Assembly: GCA_964016885.1 (NCBI GenBank)
Contig: OZ024743.1
Location: 337,962,001 to 338,026,000, forward strand
From: Eledone cirrhosa
Taxonomy: Eukaryota
Reading direction: 5' to 3'
Length of the DNA stretch: 64,000 bases
Shown here piece by piece: positions 24,801 to 38,739 of the stretch (position 1 is its first letter; each line of letters begins with the position of its first letter). The position numbers and the translations under genes are program-made. Below the pieces are notes generated by a model, which searched no databases, was not told where the DNA came from, and was given only the letters and a program-made list of their open reading frames with translations.

Positions 24801-27800
24801 TAGTATGCGGTCTATCTACCTGGTCTTTTACACTTTAGCAGGCGGTCTATCTACCTGGTCTTTTACACTTTAGCATGCGGTCTATCTACCTGGTGTTTTT
24901 ACAGTTTAGCATGCGTTCTATCTACCTGGTCTTTTACAATTTAGCATGCAGTCTATCTACCTGCTCTTTTACAACGTAGCATGCGATCTATCTACCTGGT
25001 CTTTTACACTGAGGCATGCGGTCTATCTACCTGGTCTTTTACACTTTAACATGCTGTCTATCTACCTGGTCTTTTACACTTTCGCATGCGTTCAAACTAC
25101 CTGCCCTTTTACACTTTAGCATGCAGTCTATCTACCTGGTCTTTTACACTTTAGCATGCGGTCTATCTACCTGGTCTTTTACACTTTAGCATGCAGTCTA
25201 TCTACCTGGTCTTTTTACACTTTAGCATGCAGTCTATCTACCTGGTCTTTTACACTTTAGCATGCGGTCTATCTACCTGGTCTTTTACACTTTAACATGC
25301 TGTCTATCTACCTGGTCTTTTACACTTTAGCATGCGTTCAAACTACCTGCCCCTTTACACTTTAGCATGCAGTCTATCTACCTGGTCTTTTACACTTTAG
25401 CATGCGGCCTATCTACCTGGTCTTCTACATTTTAGCATGCGGTCTATCTACCTGGTCTTTTACAATTTAGCATGCGGTCTATCTACCTGGTCTTTTACAC
25501 TTCAGCAGGCGGTCTATCTACCTTGACTTTTACCCTTTAACATGCAGTCTATCTACCTGGTCTTTTACCCTTCAGCATCCAGTCTATCTACCTGGTGTTC
25601 TACACTTTAGCATGCGGTCTATCTACCTGGTCTTTTCAACTTTAGCAAGCGGTCTATCTACCTGGTCTTTTACACTTTAGCATGCGGTCTATCTACCTGG
25701 TCTTTTACACTTTAGCATGCGGTCTATCTATTTGGTCTTTTTACAGTTTAGCATGCGTTCTATCAACCTGGTCTTTTACAATTTAGCATGCAGTCTATCT
25801 ACCTGGTCTTTTACAACGTAGCATGCGGTCTATCTACCTGGTCTTTTACTCTGATGCGTGCGGTCTATCTACCTGGTCTTTTACACTTTAACATGCTGTC
25901 TATCTACCTGGTCTTTTACACTTTAGCATGCGTTCAAACTACCTGCCCTTTTACACTTTAGCATGCAGTCTATCTACCTGGTCTTTTACACTTTAGTATG
26001 CGGTCTATCTACCTGGTCTTTTACACTTCAGCATGCAGTCTATCTACCTGGTCTTTTACACTTTAGCATGCAGTCTATCTACCTGGTATTTTACATTTTA
26101 GCATGTGTCTATCTACCTAGTCTTTTACACTGCAGCATGTGGTCTATCTACCTGGTCTTTTACACTTTGGCATGCAGTCTATCTACCTGCCCTTTTACAC
26201 TTTAGCATGCAGTCTATCTACCTGGTCTTTTACATTTTAGTATGCGGTCTATCTACCAGGTCTTTTACACTTCAGCATGCAGTCTATCTACCTGGTCCTT
26301 TACACTTTAGCATGCGGTCTATCTATCTGGTCTTTTACACTTTAGCATGCAGTCTATCTACCTGGTCTTCTCCACTTTAGCATGCGGTCTATCTACATGG
26401 TCTTTTCAACTTTAGCATGCGGTCTATCTACCTGGTCTTTTACAATTTAGCATGCGGTCTATCTACCTGGTCTTTTACACTTTAGCAGGCGGTCTATCTA
26501 CCTTGTCCTTTACCCTTTACCATGCAGTCTATCTACCTGGTCTTTTACACTTTAGCATGCGGTCTATCTACCTGGTCTTTTACACTTTAGAAGGCTGTCT
26601 ATCAACCTGGTCTTTTACACTTTAGCATGCGGTCTATCTACCTGGTCTTTTTACAGTTTAGCATGCGTTCTATCTACCTGGTCTTTTACACTTTAGCAGG
26701 CGGTCTATCTACCTTGACTTTTACACTTTAGCATGCGGTCTATCTACCTGGTCTTTTACACTTTAGCATGCAGTCTATCTACCTGGTGTTTTACACTTTA
26801 GCATGCGGTCTATCTACCTGGTCTTTTCAACTTTAGCAGGCGGTCTATCTACCTGGTCTTTTTACAGTTTAGCATGCGTTCTATCTACCTGGTCTTTTAC
26901 AATTGAGCATGCAGTCTATCTACCTGGTCTTTTACAACGTAGCATGCGGTCTATCTACCTGGTCTTTTACACTGAGGCATGCAGTCTATCTACCTGGTAT
27001 TTTACATTTTAGCATGTCTATCTACCTCCTCTTTTACACTGCAGCATGTAGTCTATGTACCTGGTCTTTTACACATTGGCATGCAGTCTATCTACCTGGT
27101 CTTTTACACTTTAGCATGCGGTCTATCTACCTGGTCTTTTAGACTTTAGCATGCGGTCTATCTACCTGGTCTTTTACACTTTTTCAGGCGGTCTATCTAC
27201 CTTGTCTTTTACACTTTAGCATGCGGTCTATCTACCTGGTCTTTTACACTTTAGCATGCGGTCTATCTACCTGGTCTTTTTACAGTTTAGCATGCGTTCT
27301 ATCTACCTGGTCTTTTACAATTTAGCATGCAGTCTATCTACCTGGTCTTTTACAACGTAGCATGCGATCTATCTACCTGGTCTTTTACACTGAGGCATGC
27401 GGTCTATCTACCTGGTCTTTTACACTTTAACATGCTGTCTATCTACCTGATCTTTTACACTTTCGCATGCGTTCAAACTACCTGCCCTTTTACACTTTAG
27501 CATGCAGTCTATCTACCTGGTCTTTTACACTTTAGCATGCGGTCTATCTACCTGGTCTTTTACACTTTAGCATGCAGTCTATCTACCTGGTCTTTTTACA
27601 CTTTAGCATGCAGTCTATCTACCTGGTCTTTTACACTTTAGCATGTGGTCTATCTACCTGGTCTTTTACACTTTAGCATGCGGTCTATCTACCTGGTCTT
27701 CTACATTTTAGCATGCGGTCTATCTACCTGGTCTTGTCAACTTTAGCATGCGGTCTATCTATATGGTCTTTTACAATTTAGCATGCGGTCTATCTACATG

Positions 27801-27950
27801 GTCTTTTACACTTCAGCAGGCGGTCCATCTACCTTGTCTTTTACCCTTTAACATGCAGTCTATCTACCTGGTCTTTTACACTTTAGCATGCGGTCTATCT
27901 ACCTTGTCTTTTACACTTTAGACTGCAGTCTATCTACCTGGTCTTTTAGA
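15900..27950 (+). repeat. About three tandem copies of a 3,995-bp (about 114-monomer) higher-order unit
   Basis: Identical pseudo-ORFs at 17973/21968/25963 and 20531/24526 (offset 3995). TAGACTGCAG marker at 19651, 23646 and 27919 (the last shifted by a 278-bp insertion). Boundaries approximate. Confidence 0.9.
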
Positions 27951-30900
27951 CTTTAGCATGCGGTCTATCTACCTGGTCTTTTACACTTCAACATGCATTC
28001 TATCTACCTGGTCTTTTACACTTTAGCATGCGGTCTATCTACCTGGTTTTTTACACTTTAGCATGCAGTCTATCTACCTGGTCTTCTCTACTTTAGCATG
28101 CGGTCTATCTACCTGGTCTTTTCAACTTTAGCATGCGGTCTATCTACCTGGTCTTTTACAATTTAGCATGCGGTCTATCTACCTGGTCTTTTACACTTTA
28201 GCAGGCGGTCTATCTACCTTGTCCTTTACCCTTTAACATGCAGTCTATCTACCTGGTCTTTTACCCTTCAGCATGCAGTCTATCTACCTGGTCTTTTACA
28301 CTTTAGCATGCGTTCGAACTACCTGCCCTTTTACACTTTAGCATGCAGTCTATCTACCTGGTCTTTTACACTTTAGTATACGGTCTATCTACCTGGTCTT
28401 TTACACTTCAACATGCATTCTATCTACCTGGTCTTTTACACTTTAGCATGCGGTCTATCTACCTGGTCTTTTACACTTTAGCATGCAGTCTATCTACCTG
28501 GTCTTCTCTACTTTAGCATGCGGTCTATCTACCTGGTCTTTTCAACTTTAGCATGCGGTCTATCTACCTGGTCTTTTACAATTTAGCATGCGGTCTATCT
28601 ACCTGGTCTTTTACACTTTAGCAGGCGGTCTATCTACCTTGTCCGTTACCCTTTAACATGCAGTCTATCTACCTGGTCTGTTACCCTTCAGCATGCAGTC
28701 TATCTACCTGGTGTTTTACACTTTAGCATGCGGTCTATCTACCTGGTCTTTTCAACTTTAGCAAGCGGTCTATCTACCTGGTCTTTTACACTTTAGCATG
28801 CGGTCTATCTACCTGGTCTTTTCAACTTTAGCAGGCGGTCTATCTACCTGGTCTTTTTACAGTTTAGCATGCGTTCTATCTACCTGGTCTTTTACAATTG
28901 AGCATGCAGTCTATCTACCTGGTCTTTTACAACGTAGCATGCGGTCTATCTACCTGGTCTTTTACACTGAGGCATGCAGTCTATCTACCTGGTATTTTAC
29001 ATTTTAGCATGTCTATCTACCTCCTCTTTTACACTGCAGCATGTAGTCTATGTACCTGGTCTTTTACACTTTGGCATGCAGTCTATCTACCTGGTCTTTT
29101 ACACTTTAGCATGCGGTCTATCTACCTGGTCTTTTACACTTTAGCATGAGGTCTATCTACCTGGTCTTTTCACACTGTAGCATGCTTTATATCTACCTGG
29201 TCTTTTACGCTTTAGCATGCGGTCTATCTACCTGGTCTTTTACACTTTAGCATGCGGTCTATCTACCTGGTCTTTTACACTTTAGTATGCGGTCTATCTA
29301 CCTTGTCTTTTACACTTCCGCATGTAGTCTATCTACCTGGTCTTTTACACTTTAGCATGCGGTCTATCTACCTGGTCTTTTACACTTTAGCATGCGGTCT
29401 ATCTACCTGGTCTTTTACACTTTAACATGAGCTATATCTAGCTGGTCTTTTACCCTTCAGCATGCAGTCTATCTACCTGGTGTTTTACACTTTAGCATGC
29501 GGTCTATCTACCTGGTCTTTTACACTTTAGCATGCGGTCTATCTACCTGGTCTTTTTACAGTTTAGCATGCGTTCTATGTACCTGGTCTTTTACAATTTA
29601 GCATGCAGTCTATCTACCTGGTCTTTTACAACGTAGCATGCGGTCTATCTACCTGGTCTTTTACACTGAGGCATGCGGTCTATCTACCTGGTCTTTTACA
29701 CTTTAACATGCTGTCTATCTACCTGGTCTTTTACACTTTAGCATGCGTTCAAATTACCTGCCCTTTTACACTTTAGCATGCAGTCTATCTACCTGGTCTT
29801 TTCCACTTTAGTATGCGGTCTATCTACCTGGTCATTTACACTTCAGCATGCAGTCTATCTACCTGGTCTTTTACACTTTAGCATGCGGTCTATCTACCTG
29901 GTCTTTTACACTTTAGCAGGCGGTCTATCTACCTGGTCTTTTACACTTTAGCATGCGGTCTATCTACCTGGTCTTTTTACAGTTTAGCATGCGTTCTATC
30001 TACCTGGTCTTTTACACTTTAGCAGGCGGTCTATCCACCTTGTCTTTTACCCTTTAACATGCAGTCTATCTACCTGGTCTTTTACCCTTTAGCATGCAGT
30101 CTATCTACCTGGTGTTTTACACTTTAGCATGCGGTCTATCTACCTGGTCTTTTCAACTTTAGCAAGCGGTCTATCTACCTGGTCTTTTAGACTTTAGCAT
30201 GCGGTCTATCTACCTGGTCTTTTACACTTTTGCAGGCGGTCTATCTACCTTGTCTTTTACACTTTAGCATGCGGTCTATCTACCTGGTCTTTTACACTTT
30301 AGCATGCGGTCTATCTACCTGGTCTTTTTACAGTTTAGCATGCGTTCTATCTACCTGGTCTTTTACAATTTAGCATGCAGTCTATCTACCTGGTCTTTTA
30401 CAACGTAGCATGCGATCTATCTACCTGGTCTTTTACACTGAGGCATGCGGTCTATCTACCTGGTCTTTTACACTTTAGCATGCGGTCTATTTACCTGGTC
30501 TTTTACACTTTAGCATACAGTCTATGTACCAGTTCTTTTACACTTTAGCATGCAGTCTATTAACCTGATCTTTTACACTTTAGCAAGCGGTCTATCTACC
30601 TTGTCTTTTACACTTTCACATGCATTCTATCTACCTCGTCTTTTACACTTTAGCATGCGGTCAATCTACATGGTCTTTTACACTTTAACATGCTGTCTAT
30701 CTACCTGATCTTTTACACTTTCGCATGCGTTCAAACTACCTGCCCTTTTACACTTTAGCATGCAGTCTATCTACCTGGTCTTTTACACTTTAGCATGCGG
30801 TCTATCTACCTGGTCTTTTACACTTTAGCATGCAGTCTATCTACCTGGTCTTTTTACACTTTAGCATGCAGTCTATCTACCTGGTCTTTTACACTTTAGC

Positions 30901-32650
30901 ATGTGGTCTATCTACCTGGTCTTTTACACTTTAGCATGCGGTCTATCTACCTGGTCTTCTACATTTTAGCATGCGGTCTATCTACCTGGTCTTGTCAACT
31001 TTAGCATGCGGTCAATCTATATGGTCTTTTACAATTTAGCATGCGGTCTATCTACATGGTCTTTTACACTTCAGCAGGCGGTCCATCTACCTTGTCTTTT
31101 ACCCTTTAACATGCAGTCTATCTACCTGGTCTTTTACACTTTAGCATGCGGTCTATCTACCTTGTCTTTTACACTTTAGACTGCAGTCTATCTACCTGGT
31201 CTTTTACACTGAGGCATGCGGTCTATCTACCTGGTCTTTTACACTTTAACATGCTGTCTATCTACCTGGTCTTTTACACTTTAGCATGCGTTCAAACTAC
31301 CTGCCCTTTTACACTTTAGCATGCAGTCTATCTACCTGGTCTTTTACACTTTAGTATACGGTCTATCTACCTGGTCTTTTACACTTCAACATGCATTCTA
31401 TCTACCTGGTCTTTTACACTTTAGCATGCGGTCTATCTGCCTGGTCTTTTACACTTTAGCATGCAGTCTATCTACCTGGTCTTCTCTACTTTAGCATGCG
31501 GTCTATCTACCTGGTCTTTTCAACTTTAGCATGCGGTCTATCTACCTGGTCTTTTACAATTTAGCATGCGGTCTATCTACCTGGTCTTTTACACTTTAGC
31601 AGGCGGTCTATCTACCTTGTCCTTTACCCTTTAACATGCAGTCTATCTACCTGGTCTTTTACCCTTCAGCATGCAGTCTATCTACCTGGTCTTTTACACT
31701 TTAGCATGCGTTCAAACTACCTGCCCTTTTACACTTTAGCATGCAGTCTATCTACCTGGTCTTTTACACTTTAGTATACGGTCTATCTACCTGGTCTTTT
31801 ACACTTCAACATGCATTCTATCTACCTGGTCTTTTACACTTTAGCATGCGGTCTATCTACCTGGTCTTTTACACTTTAGCATGCAGTCTATCTACCTGGT
31901 CTTCTCTACTTTCCCATGCGGTCTATCTACCTGGTCTTTTCAACTTTAGCATGCGGACTATCTACCTGGTCTTTTACAATTTAGCATGCGGTCTATCTAC
32001 CTGGTCTTTTACACTTTAGCAGGCGGTCTATCTACCTTGTCCTTTACCCTTTAACATGCAGTCTATCTACCTGGTCTTTTACCCTTCAGCATGCAGTCTA
32101 TCTACCTGGTGTTTTACACTTTAGCATGCGGTCTATCTACCTGGTCTTTTCAACTTTAGCAAGCGGTCTATCTACCTGGTCTTTTACACTTTAGCATGCG
32201 GTCTATCTACCTGGTCTTTTACACTTTAGCAGGCGGTCTATCTACCTGGTCTTTTTACAGTTTAGCATGCGTTCTATCTACCTGGTCTTTTACAATTGAG
32301 CATGCAGTCTATCTACCTGGTCTTTTACAACGTAGCATGCGGTCTATCTACCTGGTCTTTTACACTGAGGCATGCAGTCTATCTACCTGGTATTTTACAT
32401 TTTAGCATGTCTATCTACCTCCTCTTTTACACTGCAGCATGTAGTCTATGTACCTGGTCTTTTACACTTTGGCATGCAGTCTATCTACCTGGTCTTTTAC
32501 ACTTTAGCATGCGGTCTATCTACCTGGTCTTTTACACTTTAGCATGAGGTCTATCTACCTGGTCTTTTCACACTGTAGCATGCTTTATATCTACCTGGTC
32601 TTTTACGCTTTAGCATGCGGTCTATCTACCTGGTCTTTTACACTTTAGCA
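27950..32650 (+). repeat. 3,398-bp-offset duplication containing internal 420-bp (12-monomer) tandem units
   Basis: Pseudo-ORFs at 28798/32196 and 28898/32296. GTATACGG at 28376, 31354 and 31774; CATGCATTC at 27992 and 28412. Confidence 0.8.
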
Positions 32651-35600
32651 TGCGGTCTATCTACTTGGTCTTTTACACTTTATCATGCGGTCTATCTACC
32701 TGGTCTTTTACACTTTAGCATGCGGTCCATCTACCTGGTCATTTACACTTTAGCATGCGGTCTATCTACATGGTCTTTCACACTTTAGCATGCGTTCTAT
32801 CTACCTGGTCTTTTACACTTTAACATGCGGTCTATCTACCTGGTCTTTTACACTTTAGCATGCAGTCTATCTACCTGGTCTTTTACACTTTAGTATGCGG
32901 TCTATCTACCTGGTCTTTTACACTTCCGCATGCAGTCTATCTACCTGGTCTTTTACACTTTAGCATGCGGTCTATCTACCTGGTCTTTTACACTTTAGCA
33001 TGCGGTCTATCTACCTGGTCTTTTACACTTTAACATTAGCTATATCTACCTGGTCTTTTTACACTTTAGCATCCTTTATATCTACCTAGTCTTTTACACT
33101 TTAGCATGCTGTCTATCTACCTCGTCTTTTACACTTTAGCAGGCAGTCTATCTACCTGGTCTTTTACCCTTTAACATGCGGTCTATCTACCTGGTCTTTT
33201 ACACTTTAGCATTCAATCTATCTACCTGGTCATTTACACTTTAGCATGCAGTCTATCTACCTGGTCTCTTATACTGCGGCATGTGGTCTATCTACCTGGT
33301 CTATTACACTTTAGCATGCAGTCTATCTACCTGGTCTTTTACACTTTAGCATGGGGTCTATCTACCTGGTCTTTTACACTTTAGCATGCGGTCTATCTAC
33401 CTGGTCTTTTACACTTTAGCATGCAATCTATCTACCTGGTCCTTTTACACTTTAGCATGCAGTCTATCTACCTGGTCTTTTACACTTTAGCATGCGGTCT
33501 ATCTACCTGGTCTTTTACACTTTAGCATGCGGTCTATCTACCTGGTCTTCTACACTTTAGCATGCGGTCTATCTACCTGGTCTTTTCAACTTTAGCATGC
33601 GGTCTATCTACCTGGTCTTTTACACTTTAGCAGGCGGTCTATCTACCTTGTCTTTTACCCTTTAACATGCAGTCTATCTACCTGGTCTTTTACCCTTCAG
33701 CATGCAGTCTATCTACCTGGTGTTTTACACTTTAGCATGCGGTCTATCTACCTGGTCTTTTACACTTTAGCAGGCGATCTATCTACCTGGTCTTTTACAC
33801 TTTTCCAGGCGGTCTATCTACTTTGTCTTTTACACTTTAGCATGCGGTCTATCTACCTGGTCTTTTACACTTTAGCATGCGGTCTATCTACCTGGTCTTT
33901 TTACAGTTTAGCATGCGTTCTATCTACCTGGTCTTTTACAATTTAGCATGCAGTCTATCTACCTGGTCTTTTACAACGTAGCATGCGGTCTATCTACCTG
34001 GTCTTTTACACTGAGGCATGCGGTCTATCTACCTGGTGTTTTCAACTTTAGCATGCGGTCTATCTACCTGGTCTTTTACACTTTAGCAGGCGGTCTATCT
34101 ACCTGGTCTTTTACACTTTTCCAGGCGGTCTATCTACTTTGTCTTTTACACTTTAGCATGCGGTCTATCTACCTGGTCTTTTACACTTTATCATGCGTTC
34201 TATCTACCTGGTCTTTTACAATTTAGCATGCAGTCTATCTACCTGGTCTTTTACAACGTAGCATGCGGTCTATCTACCTGGTTTTTACACTGAGGCATGC
34301 GGTCTATCTACCTGGTCTTTTACACTTTAACATGCTGTCTATCTACCTGGTCTTTTACACTTTAGCATGCGTTCAAATTACCTGCCCTTTTACACTTTAG
34401 CATGCAGTCTATCTACCTGGTCTTTTACACTTTAGTATGCGGTCTATCTACCTGGTCATTTACACTTCAGCATGCAGTCTATCTACCTGGTATTTTACAT
34501 TTTAGCATGTGTCTATCTACCTACTCTTTTACACTGCAGCATGTGGTCCATCTACCTGGTCGTTTACACTTTGGCGTGCAGTCTATCTACCTGCCCTTTT
34601 ACACTTTAGCATGCAGTCTATCTGCCTGGTCTTTTACACTTTAGTATGCGGTCTATCTACCTGGTCTTTTACACTTCATCATGCAGTCTATCTACCTGGT
34701 CTTTTACACTTTAGCATGCGGTCTATCTACCTGGTCTTTTACACTTTAGCATGCAGTCTATCTACCTGGTCTTCTCCACTTTAGCATGCGGTCTATCTAC
34801 CTGGTCTTTTCAACTTTAGCATGCGGTCTATCTGCCTGGTCTTTTACATTTTAGCAGGCGGTCTATCTACCTTGTCCTTTACCCTTTAACATGCAGTCTA
34901 TCTACCTGGTCTTTTACCCTTCAGCATGCAGTCTATCTACCTGGTGTTTTACACTTTAGCATGCGGTCTATCTACCTGGTATTTTACACTTTAGCATGCG
35001 GTCTATCTACCTGGTCTTTTACACTTTAGCATGAGGTCTATCTACCTGGTCTTTTTACACTGTAGCATGCTTTATATCTACACTTTAGCATGCGGTCCAT
35101 CTCCCTGGTCATTTACACTTTAGCATGCGGTCTATCTACCTGGTCTTTTACACTTTAGCAGGCGGTCTATCTACCTGGTCTTTTACACTTTATCATGCGG
35201 TCTATCTACCTGGTCTTTTTACAGTTTAGCATGCGTTCTATCTACCTGGTCTTTTACAATTGAGCATGCAGTCTATCTACCTGGTCTTTTACAACGTAGC
35301 ATGCGGTCTATCTACCTGGTCTTTTACACTGAGGCATGCGGTCTTTCTACCTGGTCTTTTACACTTTAACATGCTGTCTATCTACCTGGTGTTTTACACT
35401 TTAGCATGCGGTCTATCTACCTGGTCTTTTACACTTTAGCATGCGGTCTATCTACCTGGTCTTTTACACTTTAGCAGGCGGTCTATCTACCTGGTCTTTT
35501 ACACTTTATCATGCGGTCTATCTACCTGGTCTTTTTACAGTTTAGCATGCGTTCTATCTACCTGGTCTTTTACAATTGAGCATGCAGTCTATCTACCTGG

Positions 35601-38600
35601 TCTTTTACAACGTAGCATGCGGTCTATCTACCTGGTCTTTTACACTGAGGCATGCGGTCTATCTACCTGGTCTTTTACACTTTAACATGCTGTCTATCTA
35701 CCTGGTCTTTTACACTTTAGCATGCGTTCAAACTACCTGCCCTTTTACACTTTAGCATGCAGTCTATCTACCTGGTCTTTTACACTTTAGTATGCAGTCT
35801 ATCTGCCTGGTCTTTTTACACTGTAGCATGCTTTATATCTACACTTTAGCATGCGGTCCATCTCCCTGGTCATTTAAGCTTTAGCATGCAGTCTATCTAC
35901 CTGGTCTTTCACACTTTACCATGCAGTCTATCTACTTGGTCTTTTGCACTTAGAGCATGCGGTCTATCTACCTGGTCTTTTACACTTTAGCATGCGGTCT
36001 ATCTATTTGATCTTTTATACTTTAGCATGCAGTCTATCTACCTGGTCTTTTACACTTCAGCATGCTGTCTATCTACCTGGTCTTTTACACTTTAGCATGC
36101 AGTCTATCTAGCTGGTCTTTTACACTGCAGCATGTGGTCTATCTACCTGGTCTTTTACACTTAGAGCATGCAGTCTATCTACCTGGGCTTTTACACTTTA
36201 GCATCCGATCTATCTCCCTATTCTTTTACACTTTAGCATGCGGTCTATCTACCTGGTCTTTTACACTTTAGCATGCGGTATATCTACCTGGTCTTTTTAC
36301 AATGTAGCATGCTTTATATCTACCTGATCTTTTACACTTTAGCATGCGTTCTATCTCGCTAGTCTTTTACACTTTAGCATGAAGTCTATCTACTTGGTCT
36401 TTTACACTTTAACATGCGTTCTATCTACCTGGTCTTTTACACTTTAGTATGCGGTCGATCTACCTGGTCTTTTACACTTTAGCAGGCGGTCTATCTACCT
36501 TGTCTTTTACACTTTAGCATGCGGTCTATCTACCTGGTCTTTTACACTTGAGCATGCGGTCTATCTACCTGGTCTTTTTACAGGTTAGCATGCGTTCTAT
36601 CTACCTGGTCTTTTACAATTGAGCATGCAGTCTATCTACCTGGTCTTTTACAACGTAGCATGCGGTCTATCTACCTGGTCTTTTACACTGAGGCATGCGG
36701 TCTATCTACCTGGTCTTTTAAACTTTAACATGCTGTCTATCTACCTGGTCTTTTACACTTTAGCATGCGTTCAAACTACCTGCCCTTTTACACTTTAGCA
36801 TGCAGTCTATCTACCTGGTCTTTTACACTTTAGTATGCGGTCTATCTACCTGGTCTTTTACACTTCAGCATGCAGTCTATCTACCTGGTCTTTTACCCTT
36901 CAGCAAGCAGTCTATCTACCTGGTGTTTTACACTTTAGCATGCGGTCTATCTACCTGGTCTTTTCAACTTTAGCAAGCGGTCTATCTACCTGGTCTTTTA
37001 CAATTTAGCATGCGGTCTATCTACCTGGTCTTTTACACTTTAGCAGGCGGTCTATCTACCTGGTCTTTTACACTTTATCATGCGGTCTATCTACCTGCTC
37101 TTTTTACAGTTTAGCAAGCGTTCTATCTACCTGGTCTTTTACAATTGAGCATGCAGTCTATCTACCTGGTCTTTTACAACGTAGCATGCGGTCTATCTAC
37201 CTGGTCTTTTACACTGAGGCATGCGGTCTATCTACCTGGTCTTTTACACTTTAACATGCTGTCTATCTACCTGGTCTTTTACACTTTAGCATGCGTTCAA
37301 ACTACCTGCCCTTTTACACTTTAGCATGCAGTCTATCGACCTGGTCTTTTACACTTTAGTATGCGGTCTATCTACCTGGTCTTTTACACTTCAGCATGCA
37401 GTCTATTTACCTGGTCTTTTACACTTTAGCATGCAGTCTATCTACCTGGTATTTTACATTTTAGCATGTGTCTATCTACCTAGTCTATTACACTGCAGCA
37501 TGTGGTCTATCTACCTGGTCTTTTACACTTTGGCATGCAGTCTATCTACCTGACCTTTTACACTTTAGCATGCAGTCTATCTACCTGGTCTTTTACACTT
37601 TAGTATGCGGTCTATCTACCTGGTCTTTTACACTTCATCATGCAGTCTATCTACCTAGTCTTTTACACTTTAGCATGCAGTCTATCTACCTGGTATTTTA
37701 CATTTTAGCATGTCTATCGACCTGGTCTTTTACACTGCAGCATGTGGTCTATCTACCTGGTCTTTTACACTTTGGCATGCAGTCTATCTACCTGGTCTTT
37801 TATACTTTAGCATGCGGTCTATCTACCTGGTCCTTTACACTTTAGCATGAGGTCTATCTACCTGGTCTTTTTACACTGTAGCATGCTTTATATCTACACT
37901 TTAGCATGTGGTCCATCTACCTGGTCATTTAAACATTAGCATGCAGTCTATCTACCTGGTCTTTCACACTTTACCATGCAGTCTATCTACTTGGTCTTTT
38001 ACACTTAGAGCATGCGGTCTATCTACCTGGTCTTTTACACTTTAGCATGCGGTCTATCTATTTGATCTTTTATACTTTAGCATGCAGTCTATCTACCTGG
38101 TCTTTTACACTTCAGCATGCTGTCTATCTACCTGGTCTTTTACACTTTAGCATGCAGTCTATCTAGCTGGTCTTTTACACTGCAGCATGTGGTCTATCTA
38201 CCTGGTCTTTTACACTTAGAGCATGCGGTCTATCTACCTGGTCTTTTACACTTTAGCATGCGGTATATCTAACTGGTCTTTTTACAATGTAGCATGCTTT
38301 ATATCTACCTGATCTTTTACACTTTAGCATGCGTTCTATCTCGCTGGTCTTTTGCACTTTAGCATGAAGTCTATCTACTTGGTCTTTTACACTTTAGCAT
38401 GCGTTCTATCTACCTGGTCTTTTACACTTTAGCATGCCGTCTATCTACCTGGTCTTTTACACTTTAGCAGGTGGTCTATCTACCTTGTCTTTTCCACTTT
38501 AGCATGCGGTCTATCTACCTGGTCTTTTACACGTTAGCATGCGGTGTATCTACCTGGTCTTTTACACTTTAGCATGCGGTATATCTACCTGGTCTTTTTA

Positions 38601-38739
38601 CAATGTAGCATGCTTTATATCTACCTGATCTTTTACACTTTAGCATGCGTTCTATCTCGCTAGTCTTTTACACTTTAGCATGAAGTCTATCTTCTTGGTC
38701 TTTTACACTTTATCATGCGTTCTATCTACCTGGTCTTTT

